A stretch of 64,000 nt of DNA from the human T2T-CHM13v2.0 reference genome, Homo sapiens (GCF_009914755.1 NC_060947.1); one strand, 5' to 3'. Shown: positions 39,513 through 56,680, counted from the first letter of the stretch. The notes: generated by a model from the letters alone, not told the origin. Numbers and translations: made by a program.

Positions 39513-39919
39513 ATAAGCTTTGTTCCCCAGAGATGAAGGAGTCTTAGCATCATCTGTGGGCTACTCTGGCTCCTCCAATATTAACCAAAACTGGATGATC
39601 CCCAAACCCACTCTCAGCTTCACTTTTGGAGAAAGTTTTGGGCTTCCTTCCATATCCATCTGCTTTAGCCCTGGGTGTATTCCACCTGTTTGAGTGAATG
39701 TCCTGTTCTGTCTAGATTCTGTGACCATTCAGTGGTTATCATCCATTTGCAATGTACACAAAAAGTGAAACAATAGTAAAAGGAACCGTGCACTTCAGAG
39801 ACATCCACGGGCTTATTTAGTTTAGGAATTTGTGTCAGGTGTGGTTGCAGGTAATGGCAAGCAGGACACATTCTTCCAAGGCTCTGAAGCTGCAGAGGCC
39901 TGCACAAGGTACACTATTA

Positions 39920-40395
<476 letters not shown>

Positions 40396-41824
40396 TCTTT
40401 CGTTATTCAGAGGACAGCTGAGACTTACTCTTAAGGGTATGGAAAGCAGACTACTATGAGCCTTAAATGCCAAGTCAACAGTATCTAAGGGCTTTGGTAA
40501 AGAAATGTCTTCTACAGCCAAAATTGGTAACAGCAGAAGGAAGGATGGGGAGCAGAGCTTGGTGTTTCCATGAGATTTGAAATATGTTTCCCAATGATAT
40601 TTATGATTGAGGCTGGGGGCTGACTTCTCTTTTTCCCCACTGGGTGATCCAATTTTTATTTAGTTTACGTTTGGAGGTGAACTCACCTATATATTTGTAT
40701 ATACCTGATATGTGTTGTAACAGTAACTTGTCACCTTTCTGAGAAATGTATTTAGTATTATGAGTCTCTGTTAAATCACAATGAATGGTCAATGAAGGCT
40801 TCTGAGGCCAAGGAATTAACAACCCTGTGTGTTTCCATATAGTTTCTATAAGATTATCAGTTTTGTCCAATACCGTCTATGTTAATTCATCTAGCAGATT
40901 TATTTTCCTTATGGCAATTATGAACTAGGAAATGAATAAACTATTTCTTCCATGATATGGTAATATGATTTATCAAAGTAATCTGATTTGAATCTAATGA
41001 ATCTCATCAATTGGGTTTCTCAATATATTTTAAACATTTACCGAAAAGTTTCTTCCAAAATAAGTGTTTTCTTTGGGGCATACATACTAGATATCTTGCT
41101 TGTTTTTTGAACGTCTTCACAGATATATTTTTGCTGCAACTTTCAGGCTAGAGTGTAAAATCTCCAGTGGGCATCAGTCTCAATTTCAAGCCATTACTTC
41201 CTTCCTTCAGAAAACCTCCTCTATTTAAGAGAAGTAAGAGAGTACCACTGTGGAAAGGGCTGATATTGCTTCTCAGGTCGGCAAAGACCATAACCACGTG
41301 AGGAAGCTGGAAGAGTTTCTATCTTCATTAAACTAATAAGATTTTGAGGACTATTAGGGTAATGAAGATTAATAGTCTCATTATTCTTTCACATTTATGG
41401 TAAACCAAAGCCACAAATCATTGAAGAAATAAGTGTTTTCAAATATTACGTAATTGTCATGACTGGAAGAAGGAGGCAATACATTTTGGTTTCTTGCAAT
41501 AAGCTTACCTTGTCTTTGCTGGGTAACCACAACTTTCTGTGGTCTAGATTATATTGCTGAAAATGAACATCATATTGTCTTCCTACTCTGACATTTATTA
41601 AATGTAGTTCTTGTTCTGTTGAGATGTTTGGAAGGTGGTGGGATATGGGATGCCAGGGCTGTTTCTTTTTTCTACATTTTGGAATTATTGATAGAATAAT
41701 ATTTCTGCAACACTGAACTAACGTCAAAAGATTACCACTGGGAGATTTTGAGTCAAGTTAATTGCCTAGGGATACATTGATGAAGAAAACTTTTGTTTTA
41801 TTTCACAGTGACATAGTGGGAATT

Positions 41825-41962
41825 TACCTGGCACTTCCACTAAATTGCTGCATGAACTTAGGGTGGTCCCATCCCTTCTTGTGGCCCCAGTTTTCATGCC
41901 AACATACCGGAAATGAACCAGATAATCTCAAAACTTCCACCCAACTCAAATAATCTATGGTT
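41825..41962 (+). mobile_element. MIR3/MIR fragment
   Basis: ccactaaattgctgcatgaacttaggg...ccccagttttc...accagataatctc...aatctatg. Confidence 0.55.
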
Positions 41963-42604
41963 TGTTGATTTATTCCTAAGATTATGTGAATTAATGCATG
42001 CAGGTTTTGCTTTATATCTAAGGAAAATAATTTTTCACAACAAATTCAGCATAGCAATGCTATAATGTTACTATCTTTACATTTTTAAAACTGTATTTCT
42101 TCTAAATAGCTTAATGCTCTCTGACATTTAGAATTATCTCAGAAGCATAGTCTAAATTTTATTTCATTAATTTTCACCATGTGTGAGCAGTGGTTACAGA
42201 AATGTTATTCTTGTTTTATAGGTTTATAAAAAATAAGGCAAGTTAAATTACATTCTTCAAGGCATCAAGGGATAAAAAAAATTAGAATTAAGTACTAGGA
42301 TTTGGTCAGCATGGTGGAGGGGAAGAATGAGACACATAGAGGCTGCTGGAAGCTAGAGTTGGGTATGGGGTATGGGGACATCACATATGTAGGGTTGGTT
42401 GTGAAAGAGCCACTTGAAAGGAAGACAGAGGTAGTGGGCAGCAGCAATCAGGATGGTCATGATTCTGTCTGCCCAGCCCAGACTGTAAGAACTTATGTAA
42501 GAATTAGCTGCTAAGTGTGTAGGTGGGCCTGATAAGTCTTCAAACCCAACTTTTTTATCCGGTATCTAATTTTATTCTAAAAGCCCTATAGCAACAATTG
42601 TAGC

Positions 42605-42810
42605 TCAGACTTACCAAGGACCTATGTCAAAAACTGTGTTTTGTATTTTATATACATTATAGTGGTTAAATATTCAAAGGTAGTTATTATGTTTATTTTA
42701 CATCTAAGAAAGCTGGAGTTCATAGAGGTTAAATGTCTTGGACCAGGTCACACAGCCTTTAAGTGGTGAAGCTGGCAGCTGAATCTAGATCTGTCTCAAC
42801 TCAAATCTTC
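42605..42810 (-). mobile_element. MIR
   Basis: ttttacatctaagaaagctggag...agaggttaaatgtcttggaccaggtcacacagc. Confidence 0.7.
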
Positions 42811-43086
42811 CCTTTACAAAATTTTTCTAGTAACCTATATTCAGTTTATAGTACTATCATTTTTGCCTGCCTATTTTATTGCTTTTTAGAAAATTGCAAT
42901 CTTTATGAGAATTTTGAGAACTCTGTCCCTTGACATTGCATCAGTGTTAATAATAACTGATACTATCACTAGAGCCATGATTCTTCAAAAGGTAAAGAGA
43001 TTTATTTGACTTTTTGTCCTATCTGTACAGGGAGCTTATTTTCATAACTCAAAATTTTTACATAAGGCCTATGGCAGCAGACAGTT

Positions 43087-43500
43087 TGTGATGGTTAATA
43101 CTGAGTGTCAACTTGATTGCATTGAAGGATACAAAGTATTGCTCCTGGGTGTGTCTGTGCGGGTGTTGCCAAAGATTAACATTTGAGTCAGTGGGCTAGG
43201 AAAGGCAGACCCACCCTTAATCTGGGTGGGTACAATCTAATCAGCTGCCAGAGAGGCTAGCATATAAGCAGGCAGAGAAATGTGAAAAGAGACTGACCTA
43301 GCCTCCCAGCCTACATCTTTCCCCCGTGCCAGATGCTTCCTGCCTTCAAGCATCGGACTCCAAATCCTTCAGTTTTGGGACTCAGACTGGCTCTCCTTGC
43401 TCCTTAGCCTGCAGACAGCCTATTGTGGGACCTTGTGATCATGTGAGTTAATACTTAATAAACTCCCCTTTATATATATTTATATAAACTGACAAATACA
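43087..43500 (+). mobile_element. MLT2A1 (HERV-L) solo LTR
   Basis: tgtgatggttaatactgagtgtcaacttgattg...ctgacaaataca; perfect 5-bp TSD cagtt; short deletion before the 3' end. Confidence 0.93.
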
Positions 43501-43589
43501 CAGTTTTTGTCACCTAAACTTGATTCCCCAAATGGCTCTATACATCTTTTTCTGCCCTTACCTCTCACCTCAGCTCAAATCCTGAAATT

Positions 43590-45350
<1,761 letters not shown>

Positions 45351-45523
45351 AGACCAAAAATATATATCCCTCTGTGTTCATAATTCTCATAAAAATTTTC
45401 AAACTTGCAGACACACTCAAAAAATAATACAGTAAACATACATGTAACCCAACTTACACTGAACAAATTTTAACATTTGAAATTATTGCTTTGCATTTTT
45501 ATTTATTAAAAATAAATGTATAG

Positions 45524-45862
<339 letters not shown>

Positions 45863-47640
45863 CCTTGATTGCAACTTTTATCTATTTTTTTTTAGTCTAT
45901 ATATTATATACCTTTTTATGCATGAAAACAAGAATTCGTATTATTTCCACAATTTATGTAAATTATATCTTATTGTGTGTTATTATCCATGTCAGTTTCG
46001 CAAATATGTTTGGTTAGTAAAATTTACTGATGAGTTTTCTGTCTTATCTTTCTCTGATTTTATGTAGAAGTTGAATTACCTTAATGAAATGTGCCAATAA
46101 GCTCTTCACTTTCTCTACTCTTGAATAATTTGTGCAAGATAGGGTTTGTCTGTCCTCAGAGTGCTCACTAAAAATAAGCTGGTACATTTCTGTGGATAAA
46201 TTTTTGAATTCTCACTAATTTTGTAATTAAAGGTCTAACATGGTTTTCTATTGTATTTATTCTCGTATCAGTGTTGGTAATTCATCTTTTTTCTAGAAAA
46301 CAGCCAACTCTCTTGCTGCTCTTTCCTAGATGTTTCTTAATGGTAAGGATAAACCATTACAGCTAGATTTCAAGGATCTTTTATATAAACTACTCTGTAT
46401 CTTCTTTCTACTTGGCCTCTTAAATTCCCATGATAGAAAGGTATTTTTAGCTTTGTTTTTACATTTGATCAAAAAATGTGTTTGTCTTTGTATAATTACC
46501 TGAAATCTTTATTTTTCATTATTACTATTATTGTATAGAAAGTTATTTAAGTTAAAAAATAAAATTAATTTTAAGTAACTCTGGCTAAAGAAGTTATTTT
46601 ATTAGACATAAGAGGTATAGTTTTTGGTTTAATAATGAATATTTGTATTTATTTATTTATGTATTTTTAACTTTTGTGGGTACATAGTAGGCATATATAT
46701 TTATGGGTTACATGAGATAATTCAATACAGACATACGATGCATAAAAATCACATCACAGTAAATGGAGTATCTATCACCTCAAGTATTTATTTGTGTTCC
46801 AAACAATTCATTTATACTCCTTTAGGTATTTTTAAATGTACAATTAAATGATTTTTGACTATAGTCATCCTGTTGTGTTAGCAAATACTAGGTCTTATTC
46901 ATTCTTTCTAACTATGTTTTGCACCAATTAATCATCCCCACTTCCCCCCACCATCCTCCACTACACTTCCCAGCCTCTGGTAACCATTCTTCTACTCTCT
47001 ATTTCCATGAGTTCATTTGCTTTAATTTGTAGCGATGTTTGACTTTCTGTGCCTGGTTTATTTCATCAACTTAACCTAATGACCTCCAGTTCCACCTATG
47101 TTGTTGCAAATGACAGAATCTCATTCCTTTTTATGGCTGAAAAGTAATCCCTGGCCTGTATGTACCACATTTTCTTTATCCATTCATCTTCATCTGTTGA
47201 TGGACACTTAGGTTGTTTCCAAACCTTATCTATTGTAGAAAGTGCTGCCACAAACATGGGAGTGCAGATATCTTTTCAACACACTGATTCCCTTTCTTTT
47301 GATGTATACCTAGCAATGGGATTTCTGGATCATATGGTAGCTGTATTTGTTGCTTTTTGAGGAACCACTAGAGTATTCTCCATGGTGGTGATGCTAATTT
47401 ACAGTCCCACCAACAGCGTACGAGGGTTTCCTTTTCTCTATATTCTTCCCAGCATTTGTTATTGCCTGACTTTGGGATAAAAGCAATTTTAAATGCTTGA
47501 GATGGTACCTCATTGTAGTTTTGATTTGCATTTCTCTGATGACTAATGATGTTGAACACTTTTTCATATGCCCGTTTGCCATGTGTATGTCTTCTTTTGA
47601 GAAATATCTATTCAGGTGTTTTGCCAAATTTTTATTGATT

Positions 47641-47700
47641 TATAGAGTGGTTTGAGCTCCTTACATATTCTATAGAGTGGTTTGAGCTTCTTACATATTC
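47641..47700. repeat. 30-bp tandem duplication (1 mismatch) in L1
   Basis: tatagagtggtttgagct(c/t)cttacatattc x2. Confidence 0.96.
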
Positions 47701-48595
47701 TGATTATTAATCCCTTGTCAGATGGTCAGTTTGCAAATACTGTCTCCCAGTCTGCGAATTATCTCTTTGCTTTATTTACTGTTTCCTTGCTAGGCAGCAG
47801 CGTTTAACTTTGTGTGATCCTATTTGTCCACTTTTGCTTTGGTTCCCTATGATTGTGAGCTACTACTCAAAAAATCTTTATTGAGACTAAGGTCTTGGAG
47901 AGTTTCCCCAAAGTTTATTTGCAGTAGTTTCACAGTTTGAGGTTTTAGGTTTAAGTCTTTAATCTATTTTTATTTGATTTTTATATATGATGACAGATAA
48001 GGGTAGAGTTTCATTCTTCTGCATATGGATATCCAGTTTTCTCAGCACAATTAATTGAAGGGACTGCCCTTTTCACAATGTATGTTCTTGGTACCTTTGT
48101 CAAAAATGAGTTCACTGTAGACGTATGAATTTATCTTTGGGACCTCTAGTCTGTTCCTCTGATTTATGTGTCTGTTTTTATGCCAATACCATGCTACTTT
48201 GGTTACTATAGCTCTGTAGTATAAGTTGAAGTCAGGTAATGTGATTCTTCCAGTTTTGTTCTTTTTGCTTAGGATAGCTTTGGCTATTCTGGGTCTTTCA
48301 TTATTCCATAAATATATTAGGATTAATTTTTCTATTTCTGTGAAGTATGTTATTGGTATTATGTACTGAATCTGTAGATTGCTTTGGGTACTATGGACAT
48401 TTCAGCAATATTGATACTTCCAATCCATGAACATGGACTATCTTTCCTTTTTTTTTTTTTCTGTCTTCTTAAGTTCTTTCATCAATGTTTTATAGTGTTT
48501 ATTGTAGGGATCTTTCACTTCTTTGGGTAAGTTAATTCCTAGGTATTTAATTTTATTTGTTGCTATTGTAAATGGGGTAACTTTATTCATTTCTC

Positions 48596-48669
48596 TTTCA
48601 GATTGTTTCCTGGTAGGATATAGAACTAATTGTTTCAGATTATTTCCTGGTAGGATATAGCTACTAATT
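48596..48669. repeat. ~37-bp tandem duplication in L1
   Basis: tttcagatt(g/a)tttcctggtaggatatag..actaatt x2. Confidence 0.92.
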
Positions 48670-51600
48670 TTTGTGTGTTGGTTTGTGTCCTGCAACTTTA
48701 CTGAGTTTGTTTATAAGTTTGAATCGTTTTTTGGTGGAGTCTTTAAGTTTTTCCAAATATACGATCGTATCATCTGCAAAGATAATTTAAGTTATTCCTT
48801 TCCAATTTGGATGGTGCCCTTTATTTTTTTCTCTTGTCTGGTTTCTCTACCTTGGAATTTCAATACTGTGTTGAATAATGGTGGTAAAAGGAGGTATCCT
48901 TGTGTTCCTGACCTTACAAGAAAGATTTAAAATATTTCCCCGTTCTGTATGACATTAATTAATTAATTATGGGTCTGTCATATATGGCTTTTATTATGTG
49001 GAGGTATGTTTCTTCTATACCCAGCTTTTTGAGGTTTTATCATGAGGGAATATTGAGTTTTATCAAATGCTTTTACAGCATCAATTCAAATGATCATATG
49101 AATTTTGCTCTTCATTCTGTTGACATAATTTATCACATTAATTGATTTTAATATATTGAACAATCCATGCATCCTAAGGTTAAATACCACTTGCTCATGA
49201 TGAATGATCTTTTTAGGATATTATTGAATTTTGTTTGCTAGTATGTTTTTTTGAAGATTTCCACATCAATATTCATCAGTGATATTGGCCTATGGTTTTC
49301 TTTTTTTGGTGTGTCTTTGTCTGGTTTTGTTATCAGGGTATTACTGGCCTCATAGAATGAGTATATAAGTATTTCCTCCTTTTCTATTTTTCAGAATAGT
49401 TTGAGTAGCATTGGTATTATTCCTTCTTTAAATGTTTGGTAGAATTCAGCAGTGAAGCCATCTGGTTCCATATTTTTCTTTGCTGGGAGACTTATAGCTT
49501 TGATCTTATTTATTTTTTTTTTGTACACGTTTTGAATTTCTTCATAGTTCAATCTTGGCAGATTTTACGGATCTTAAAATTTATTTGTTTCTTTGAGGTT
49601 TTCCAATTTATTTGCATGTAGTTGCTCATAGTAGCCACTAATGTGCCCTTGAATTTCTGCAATATAAGTTATAATGTCTTATTTTTCATCTCTGATTTTA
49701 TTTATTTGGATCTTATTTTTCTTTTTCTTAGTCTGGCTAAAGTTTTCTGAATTTTGTTTTCTCTTTTGCAAGGAAACAACTTTTTGTTTTGTTGATGTTT
49801 TGTATTATTTTCTTCATGTCAAATTCATTTATTTCTGCTCTAATGTTTATTTTTTTCTACTAATTTTGAGGTTGGTTTGCTCTTGCTTTTCTAGTTCTTT
49901 AACATGCATCATTAGGTTGTTTATTTGAAGGCTTTCTTTGTTTTTGATGTACACACGTATAAACTTCCCTCTTAAAACTGCATTCATTGTATCCCACTAT
50001 ATTGTGTTTCTGTGACCATTCGTTTCAAGAAATTTTTCAATTTTCTTCCTAATTTCTTTATTTATCCACTGGTAATTCAGGAGCATATTGTTTAGTTTTC
50101 ATTGTTTATATAGTTTCCAGAATTATTCTTGTTTTTGATTTCTAGTTTTATTTTTTTGAGCAGAGAAAATGCATGATGTTATTTTGATTTTTTGAAATGT
50201 TTTAAGACTTGTTTGTGATCTATCATATGGTCTATCCTTGAGAATGATCCATGTGCTGATAAAAATAACTTATATTCTCTAGCCATTGGATAAAGTGTTC
50301 TGTAAATATCTAATAGGTACCATATAGTGCAGATTAAGTCTGATGTTTCTCTGTTGATTTTCTATCTGGAAGATCTGTCCAATGCTGAGAGTGGGGTGTT
50401 AAAGTCTCCAACTATTATTGTATTGGGGTCTACCTCTCCCTTCTTCTCTAATAATATCTGCTTTATATATCTGGGTGCTCCAGTATTGGGTATATTTATA
50501 TTTACAGTTTTTATGTCCTCTTATTAATTTACCACTACATCATTATATAGTGGTCTTTTTCTCTCCTTATGATTTTGAAATCTATTTTGTCTGCTATAAG
50601 TATAGCTATTCTTGCTCTTTTTTTGTTTCCGTTGGCATGCAACATCTTTTTTTATCCCTTTATTTTCAATCTATGTGTCTCTCTACAGGTGAAGTGTATT
50701 TCTTAAAGGCAGCAGATCATTACATCTTGTTTTTCTCATCTATTCAGTCAATCCAGGTCTTTTGATTGGAGATTTTAATCCATTGACATTTAATATTATT
50801 ATTGATAGGTTAGGACTTACTCCTGACATTCTGTTAATTTGTGTTCTGGTTGTTTTTTGGCCTTCTGTTCCATCTTTTCTTCCATCCTGTCTTCCTCTTA
50901 ATAAATGTGATTGTCTTTGGTGGTATGATTTAATTTGTTGCTTTTTATTTTTTGTGCAACCATTATATGATTTTTGATTTGAGGCTACCATGAGGCTTAC
51001 AAATACTGTCTTATAACTAATTGTTTTAAGCTGATAACAGCACTGCTTGCACACACAAAAAAAATGAACAAAAAGAAAACTAAATTAAATCTCTACACCT
51101 TAATTTTTTCCCTCTGCTTTTTAGCTTTTTGTCATTTCTCTTTATATCTTATTGTACCATCTATGTCTTGAAAAGTTGTATTCATACAACTATAATAGTT
51201 ACTATTTTCAATCAGTTCATAATTTAATTTTTCTACTTAAGAGTAGTTTACACAGCACAGTTACAGTGTCAAAATATTCTGTGTCTTTTGTGTACTTATT
51301 ATTGTCAGTTTTGTACCTTGAGATGATTTCTTATTGCTCATTAATGTCATTTTCATTCTGACTGAAGTACTCCATTTAGCATTTATTATAAAATAAGTCT
51401 GATGTTGATGAATTCTCTCAGTTTTTGTTTGTCTGGAAAAGTCTTTATTTCTCCTTCATGTGTGAAGGTTATCTTTGCTGGATATACTATTCTAGAGTAA
51501 TGATTTCTTTTTCCTTCAGCGCTTTAAATATGTCACGCCACTCTCTCCTGGCCTGTAAGGCTTCTACTGAAAAGTCTATTTCCAGGCATATTGAATCTCC

Positions 51601-54159
51601 ATTGTATGTTATTTGTTTCTTTTATCTTGCTGCTTTTAGGATCCCTTCTTTGTTTTTGACCTTTGAGAGTTTGCTTATTAAAGGCCTTGAGGTAGTCTTC
51701 TTTGGGTTAAATGTGCTTGGTATTCTACCTTCTTGTACATGGATGTTGACATCTTTCCCTAGGTTTGGGATTTTCTCTGTTACTATCCTTTTGAATTAAC
51801 TTTCTACCCCCATCTCTTTCTCTACCTCTTCTTTAAGGACAATAACTCTTAGATGTGCCCTTTTGATGCTATTTTCTAGATCCCATATGTGTGCTTCATT
51901 GTTTTATACTGTTTTTCCTTTGTCTCCTCTGACTTTGTCCTTTCAAATAGCCTGTCTTCAAACTCACTAATTTTTTCTTTCACATGATCATCTCTGCTAT
52001 TAAGAGACTCTGATACATTCTTCAGAATGTCGATTGCATTAAGTACAGAATTTCTGCTTGATTATTTTTAATTGTTGCAATCTCTTTGTTACATTTATCT
52101 GACAGAATTCTGAATTCCTTCTCTGTGGATTGTCTTTCATTTCTTAAAATTTCCTCAGAAGAGCTATTTCAAATTTTCTGTCTGCAAAGTCATGTATCTC
52201 CCTTTCTCCAAGATTGGTCCCTGGTGTCTTCTTTAGTTCCTTTCGTGAGGTGATGTTTTCCTTAATGATCTTGATGCTTTTGGATGTTTGTCTTTGTCTG
52301 AACATTGAAGAGTTAAGTATTCATTGTAGTCCTTGCAGTCTGGCTTTTTGTACTTGTCCTTCTTGGGAAGGCTTTTCAGGTTTTTGAAAAGACTTGGGTG
52401 TTGTGATATACTTAAGTTAATTTCTGATACATGGATAAACAAATGTGTATATGGGCAAGGAAATAATATGAAGATAATTTAAACAAAACTATAAAAAGAA
52501 AGAATGTTAACAGCACTATCAATTTGTACAACATATATTAAAATAAAATGAAGTTATATTTTCACATGGAACTGAGAAAATTAAATACAGTATGAAAACC
52601 TAGTTTAAAATAATAGTTATATATCACAACCTACACTGATGCAATCCTTTCAGAAAACAATTTATATTACAATGTATTACAAGAGAATACCTGAAAGCAG
52701 GAGTACACAGCTCTATGTTGTTTATAAAATTAAATCCTGAAGAATACTCAATTATACAACATTAAATTTTAAAATAAAACATGGCATATTAGCTACAGAA
52801 TGATATAGAATTGTTAAATTTTTCATTATTAAGAAAAACAAACCAAAACCAAAATTTTTCATGCAATAATATTCTCAACATGTTTATGTTGCCACATTGT
52901 CATGCAACTATGGAAGAATATATAAAGCACAAGGGTGAAAAATAGATGTAAGCCCAAGGAAATAAAAATTGTTGTATTATAATGGAAGGACTATGAGTAC
53001 ATTAGAGGAGACTGCCAGTTTATTTAATAATAGGTGTCGCCTTAGTTAAGTTTTGGGCTATCAGCCAACTGAGAAGTTAGATTTTAATCTTGTCTTCCCT
53101 GAGCCTCTAAAAGTTTCAGATAACTTCAGCTTCTATTTTTATATAATTCTCTTTTTGTAAGAAATCATGTCACTGTACTCTCTTCAATAACAACAATCTG
53201 TCAGTCTATGCTTGAGCCAGTAACGTATTGCTTTAATTTCTGCAGATTTGTATAAAGCCGAATATCTGGTAAGGCTGATATGTTTGATCACTCTCCATTT
53301 TCAGAATTTTCCTAGATAATCTCTAATGTTTATTTTCTTACATATATTTTACTGTCATCTTGTCAAGTTCCCATATTCTTTAAATTTCGATGCTAGTGCA
53401 TAAAATTTATAGTTTAATTTGCAAGAATTGGCACTATGACTATGTTGTACCTCTCTATTCAAAAATAAAACATACATCTCTATTTGTTCATGTTCTATTT
53501 GTTTGTTAGCTGAGTTTTATAGCTTTCTTCATATAATACTGATGAATTCCTTATTACATGTATGTCTATGTGTTTCACATTTTGTGACTATTGAAAATTG
53601 AAAGCTTTCTTTAGTTATATTTTAAGCCCATTATCTCTTATCTATGGAAAAACTACTGATTTCTGTATGTTATGGAGACAGTCACATCACTGAACATTTT
53701 TGTTACTTTTAGTAGTTTTTCACTTTATTATTTGAGTTTGCAGAAGACAAATTCTATCATCTGCAAGTAATATTAATTTTGCTTCATTCTTTTTAATATT
53801 CAGTTTTCATGGCTTCAATTTTAATAAATTATTTATGTTTTGTTCTCAGAAGAAAAAGTCTGTTGATCACTATACTTACTGAATTGTAAAACAAATGTTT
53901 TTTGAATCATCATAGAGTAGCCATTAATTAAGTGGGTCATACTGTGTGCTAGACAAGGCCAGATAAGCACGAATTAATGGCTGGGGAATTCTGAAACCCT
54001 GCACTGCACACAAACACTAAAATGAATCTCATTGTTATTGTTCAACAGAGATGAAATGTACACTGACAATGTTAATTTCTCACTTAATTGTTCTCATTTT
54101 TCAATATAGTAAAAACAAATATCTAGTGAAACATTAGTAGGTTAAAAACGTGCACTAAG

Positions 54160-54997
54160 ACTTGGATTTGGCAACAAAAGCACAGGTAGCAAAAGCAAAA
54201 GTAGACAAAAGGGACTACATCAAACTTAAAAACTTTTCCTCAGCATACGGGAGAATCAACAGTGAAAAGGCAACCTACAGAATGGGAGAAAATGTTTCCA
54301 AACCATACATCAGATAAGGTATTAATATCCAGAATGTATAAAGAACTCTTACAACTCAATAATAACAAAAAATAACCTGATTTTAAAATGATCAAAGGAC
54401 TTGAGTAGACATTTCTCCAAAGATATACAAACGGCCAATAATTATAGAAAATGATGCCCCAAATTACTAATTATAATGGAAATGTGAAACAAAACCACAA
54501 TGGGATATCACCTCACACCTGTTAGAATGGCTACTGTTAAAAAACAAGCAAGCAAGCAGAAAATAACAAGTGTTGGCAAGGATGTGGAGAAATATGCAGT
54601 AGAATATTATTCAGCTTAAAAACTTATTTATGTTCTGTTATAAAGCAGTTTGTTTAGAGGGAAATTGTGTCATATGCTACAAATGGATGAACCTTAAGGC
54701 CATTGTGCTATGTGAAATAAGCCAATCACACAAAAAAACAAATACCTCATAAATATGCTTGTAATCAAATTCATAGAAACAGAAAGTAAAATGGTAGTTT
54801 CCAGGGGCTCGTAGTGGGAAGGAGAAAACTGGAAGTTACTGTTCAATGGGTATACAATTTTAGTCATGTAAGGTAAAAAAAAAAAGTTATTGAGATCCAC
54901 TCTACAATAATGTACATATAATCAACAATACTATAGCAAACACTTAAACATTGTTATTAGGATAAGTTTATGTTACATGTTTTTTACCATAATAAAA
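54160..54997 (+). mobile_element. L1MB1-2/L1MA10-type 3' fragment with internal deletion
   Basis: gggactacatcaaacttaaaaac...aggcaacctacagaatgggagaaaat...tcaaattcatagaaacagaaagta...ttttaccataataaaaa. Confidence 0.85.
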
Positions 54998-55229
54998 ATG
55001 TGAGGTAAAATAAGGCATTTTATGGAGGAATAAATGCTTTTCCCATATTACTCAACTCCTCTGAAGTCTTTTGTTGGCTCTATTTTTGCTTCATTTATCA
55101 ATGATCACATAGATAAAATGGAACCCACAGGAAAAGAGCTAGCTAACTACCCTGGTAAGAAGGAAACAAACATGAGTTTCATGCATTAATTTCACTATTA
55201 CAGACCATATACTTCTTCAGGATTTATTA

Positions 55230-56265
55230 GATGCAATGAGCCACCGTCTCTAGAAATGATCTTCTCTTGGCAAAAATGATGTCAAACCACCAGTCTTTCT
55301 CTTATTTTAACAATCTTTTATCGGTCTTTTTGCTGATTGCTATCTTTTTATTGATCTTTAACTGTTGAAGTGCTCCAGGGCTATGTCTTGAGCCCTCTCC
55401 ATACTTTATGTTCTCTCTATTCCTAAGTGACCTTATTCTGTCTCCCTTGATTCAGATACCACCTATACGCTAATAATGTCCAAAGCCGTCTCTATCCTTT
55501 ATTTCTTTAATAAGTTCCAAATTCAAATCCAAATGGATTCTTGAAGTTCTCTACTTGACCATCTCACAGGGATCTCAAAAATCTACCCAGTCATTAAAGC
55601 CAGAAATCACTGATTCATTCATTATTGCTTTAACTCCCTCATTCTTTTAATCCATCAGCATATCACATTGATGCCATCTCCCAAGCTTATCTTCTACCTG
55701 TCAACTTCTCCCTATACTTACTGTCACAATGTCAGTTCAAGCTGTAATGTTTTCAAATCTAAACTGATAAATACCCATGCCCACGTCTATTATGTACAGG
55801 CATCCCTTGGTATATGCAGTTGATTGGTTTAAGATCCCCAACATGCAAAAATCTATGCATACTGAAGTTCCACACTCAGCCCCGTGTATTCAAAAAGTCA
55901 TCCCTCAGTATAGCCCATCCTGCAAATATTGTGTTTTCAATGCACCACTTGGTTGAAAACAAATCCACCGATAAGCAAACCTACACAGTTTAAATTAATG
56001 TTGTTCAAGGGTCAATTATACTATCATTAAATATTTTCAATATTATGCTTTCTAACTGCCCTGTATCAATAGCCGTGCCCCTATTATTATTCTCTACCAC
56101 TGCAATCCATGTTTGTATAGTAATTAGTTGTTTATTTTATTTTTCTCACTGGGTTATAATTTTTTTGTGGACAGGAGCTACATATGTCCTGCTCAGCATT
56201 ATCACCTCAACATCTAGTAGTGTATCTGGCTCATAGTAAGTCTTTACTAAACAATTGTTGGTTAA
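55230..56265 (+). mobile_element. L2 fragments split by MER8
   Basis: gtgctccagggctatgtcttgagccctc...taccacctatacgctaataa...; 3' end atctggctcatagtaagt. Confidence 0.6.
55797..56018 (-). mobile_element. MER8 (Tigger-type MITE)
   Basis: caggcatcccttggtatatgc...tgttgttcaagggtcaatta, flanked by TA. Confidence 0.8.
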
Positions 56266-56274
56266 AACGATAAA

Positions 56275-56680
56275 TATTTGAGCACTTAACAATATTTCAA
56301 CAACTGTTGGTGGTACTTCATATATGCTATTTTATTTAACCTTCACCATAATGTTACAAAGTAGTTGTTTTTCTTTCCATTTTTACAAAAGAGTGAACTG
56401 AAATTAATATCATGTCCACAGCTATATGGCTACAAAATGTAGTTTTGGAATTGAGACTTATTTCTGTGTGGTTGCAAAGCAGTTTCTTTAGAATGCACAC
56501 ACTAGTATAGGATAAAACTGAGGTTTTAGTTTCACATTCACTATTATATTACTTGTGTGGTCTTGGGCAAGAAGCATATTGATCCAGGATTTCATTTTCT
56601 TAAGTGCTATCTTATTAGTCTGTGGACGATTATAAAGTAGTAAAATTTTATACAAATGATATCATTCGTGTTCTTAATGC
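56275..56680. mobile_element. Two adjacent MIR fragments in opposite orientations
   Basis: atttgagcactta...ccatttttaca...aactga (minus); tgtgtggtcttgggcaag (plus). Confidence 0.55.

Larger units (their letters stand above)
46645..52415 (-). mobile_element. Long L1MA1-3-type element (~5.8 kb: 3' UTR, ORF2, ORF1 relics)
   Basis: 3' end ttttgtgggtacatagtagg...; minus-strand ORFs [39 protein letters not shown] and LSIIILNVNGLKSPIKR (ORF2p start). Confidence 0.93.
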
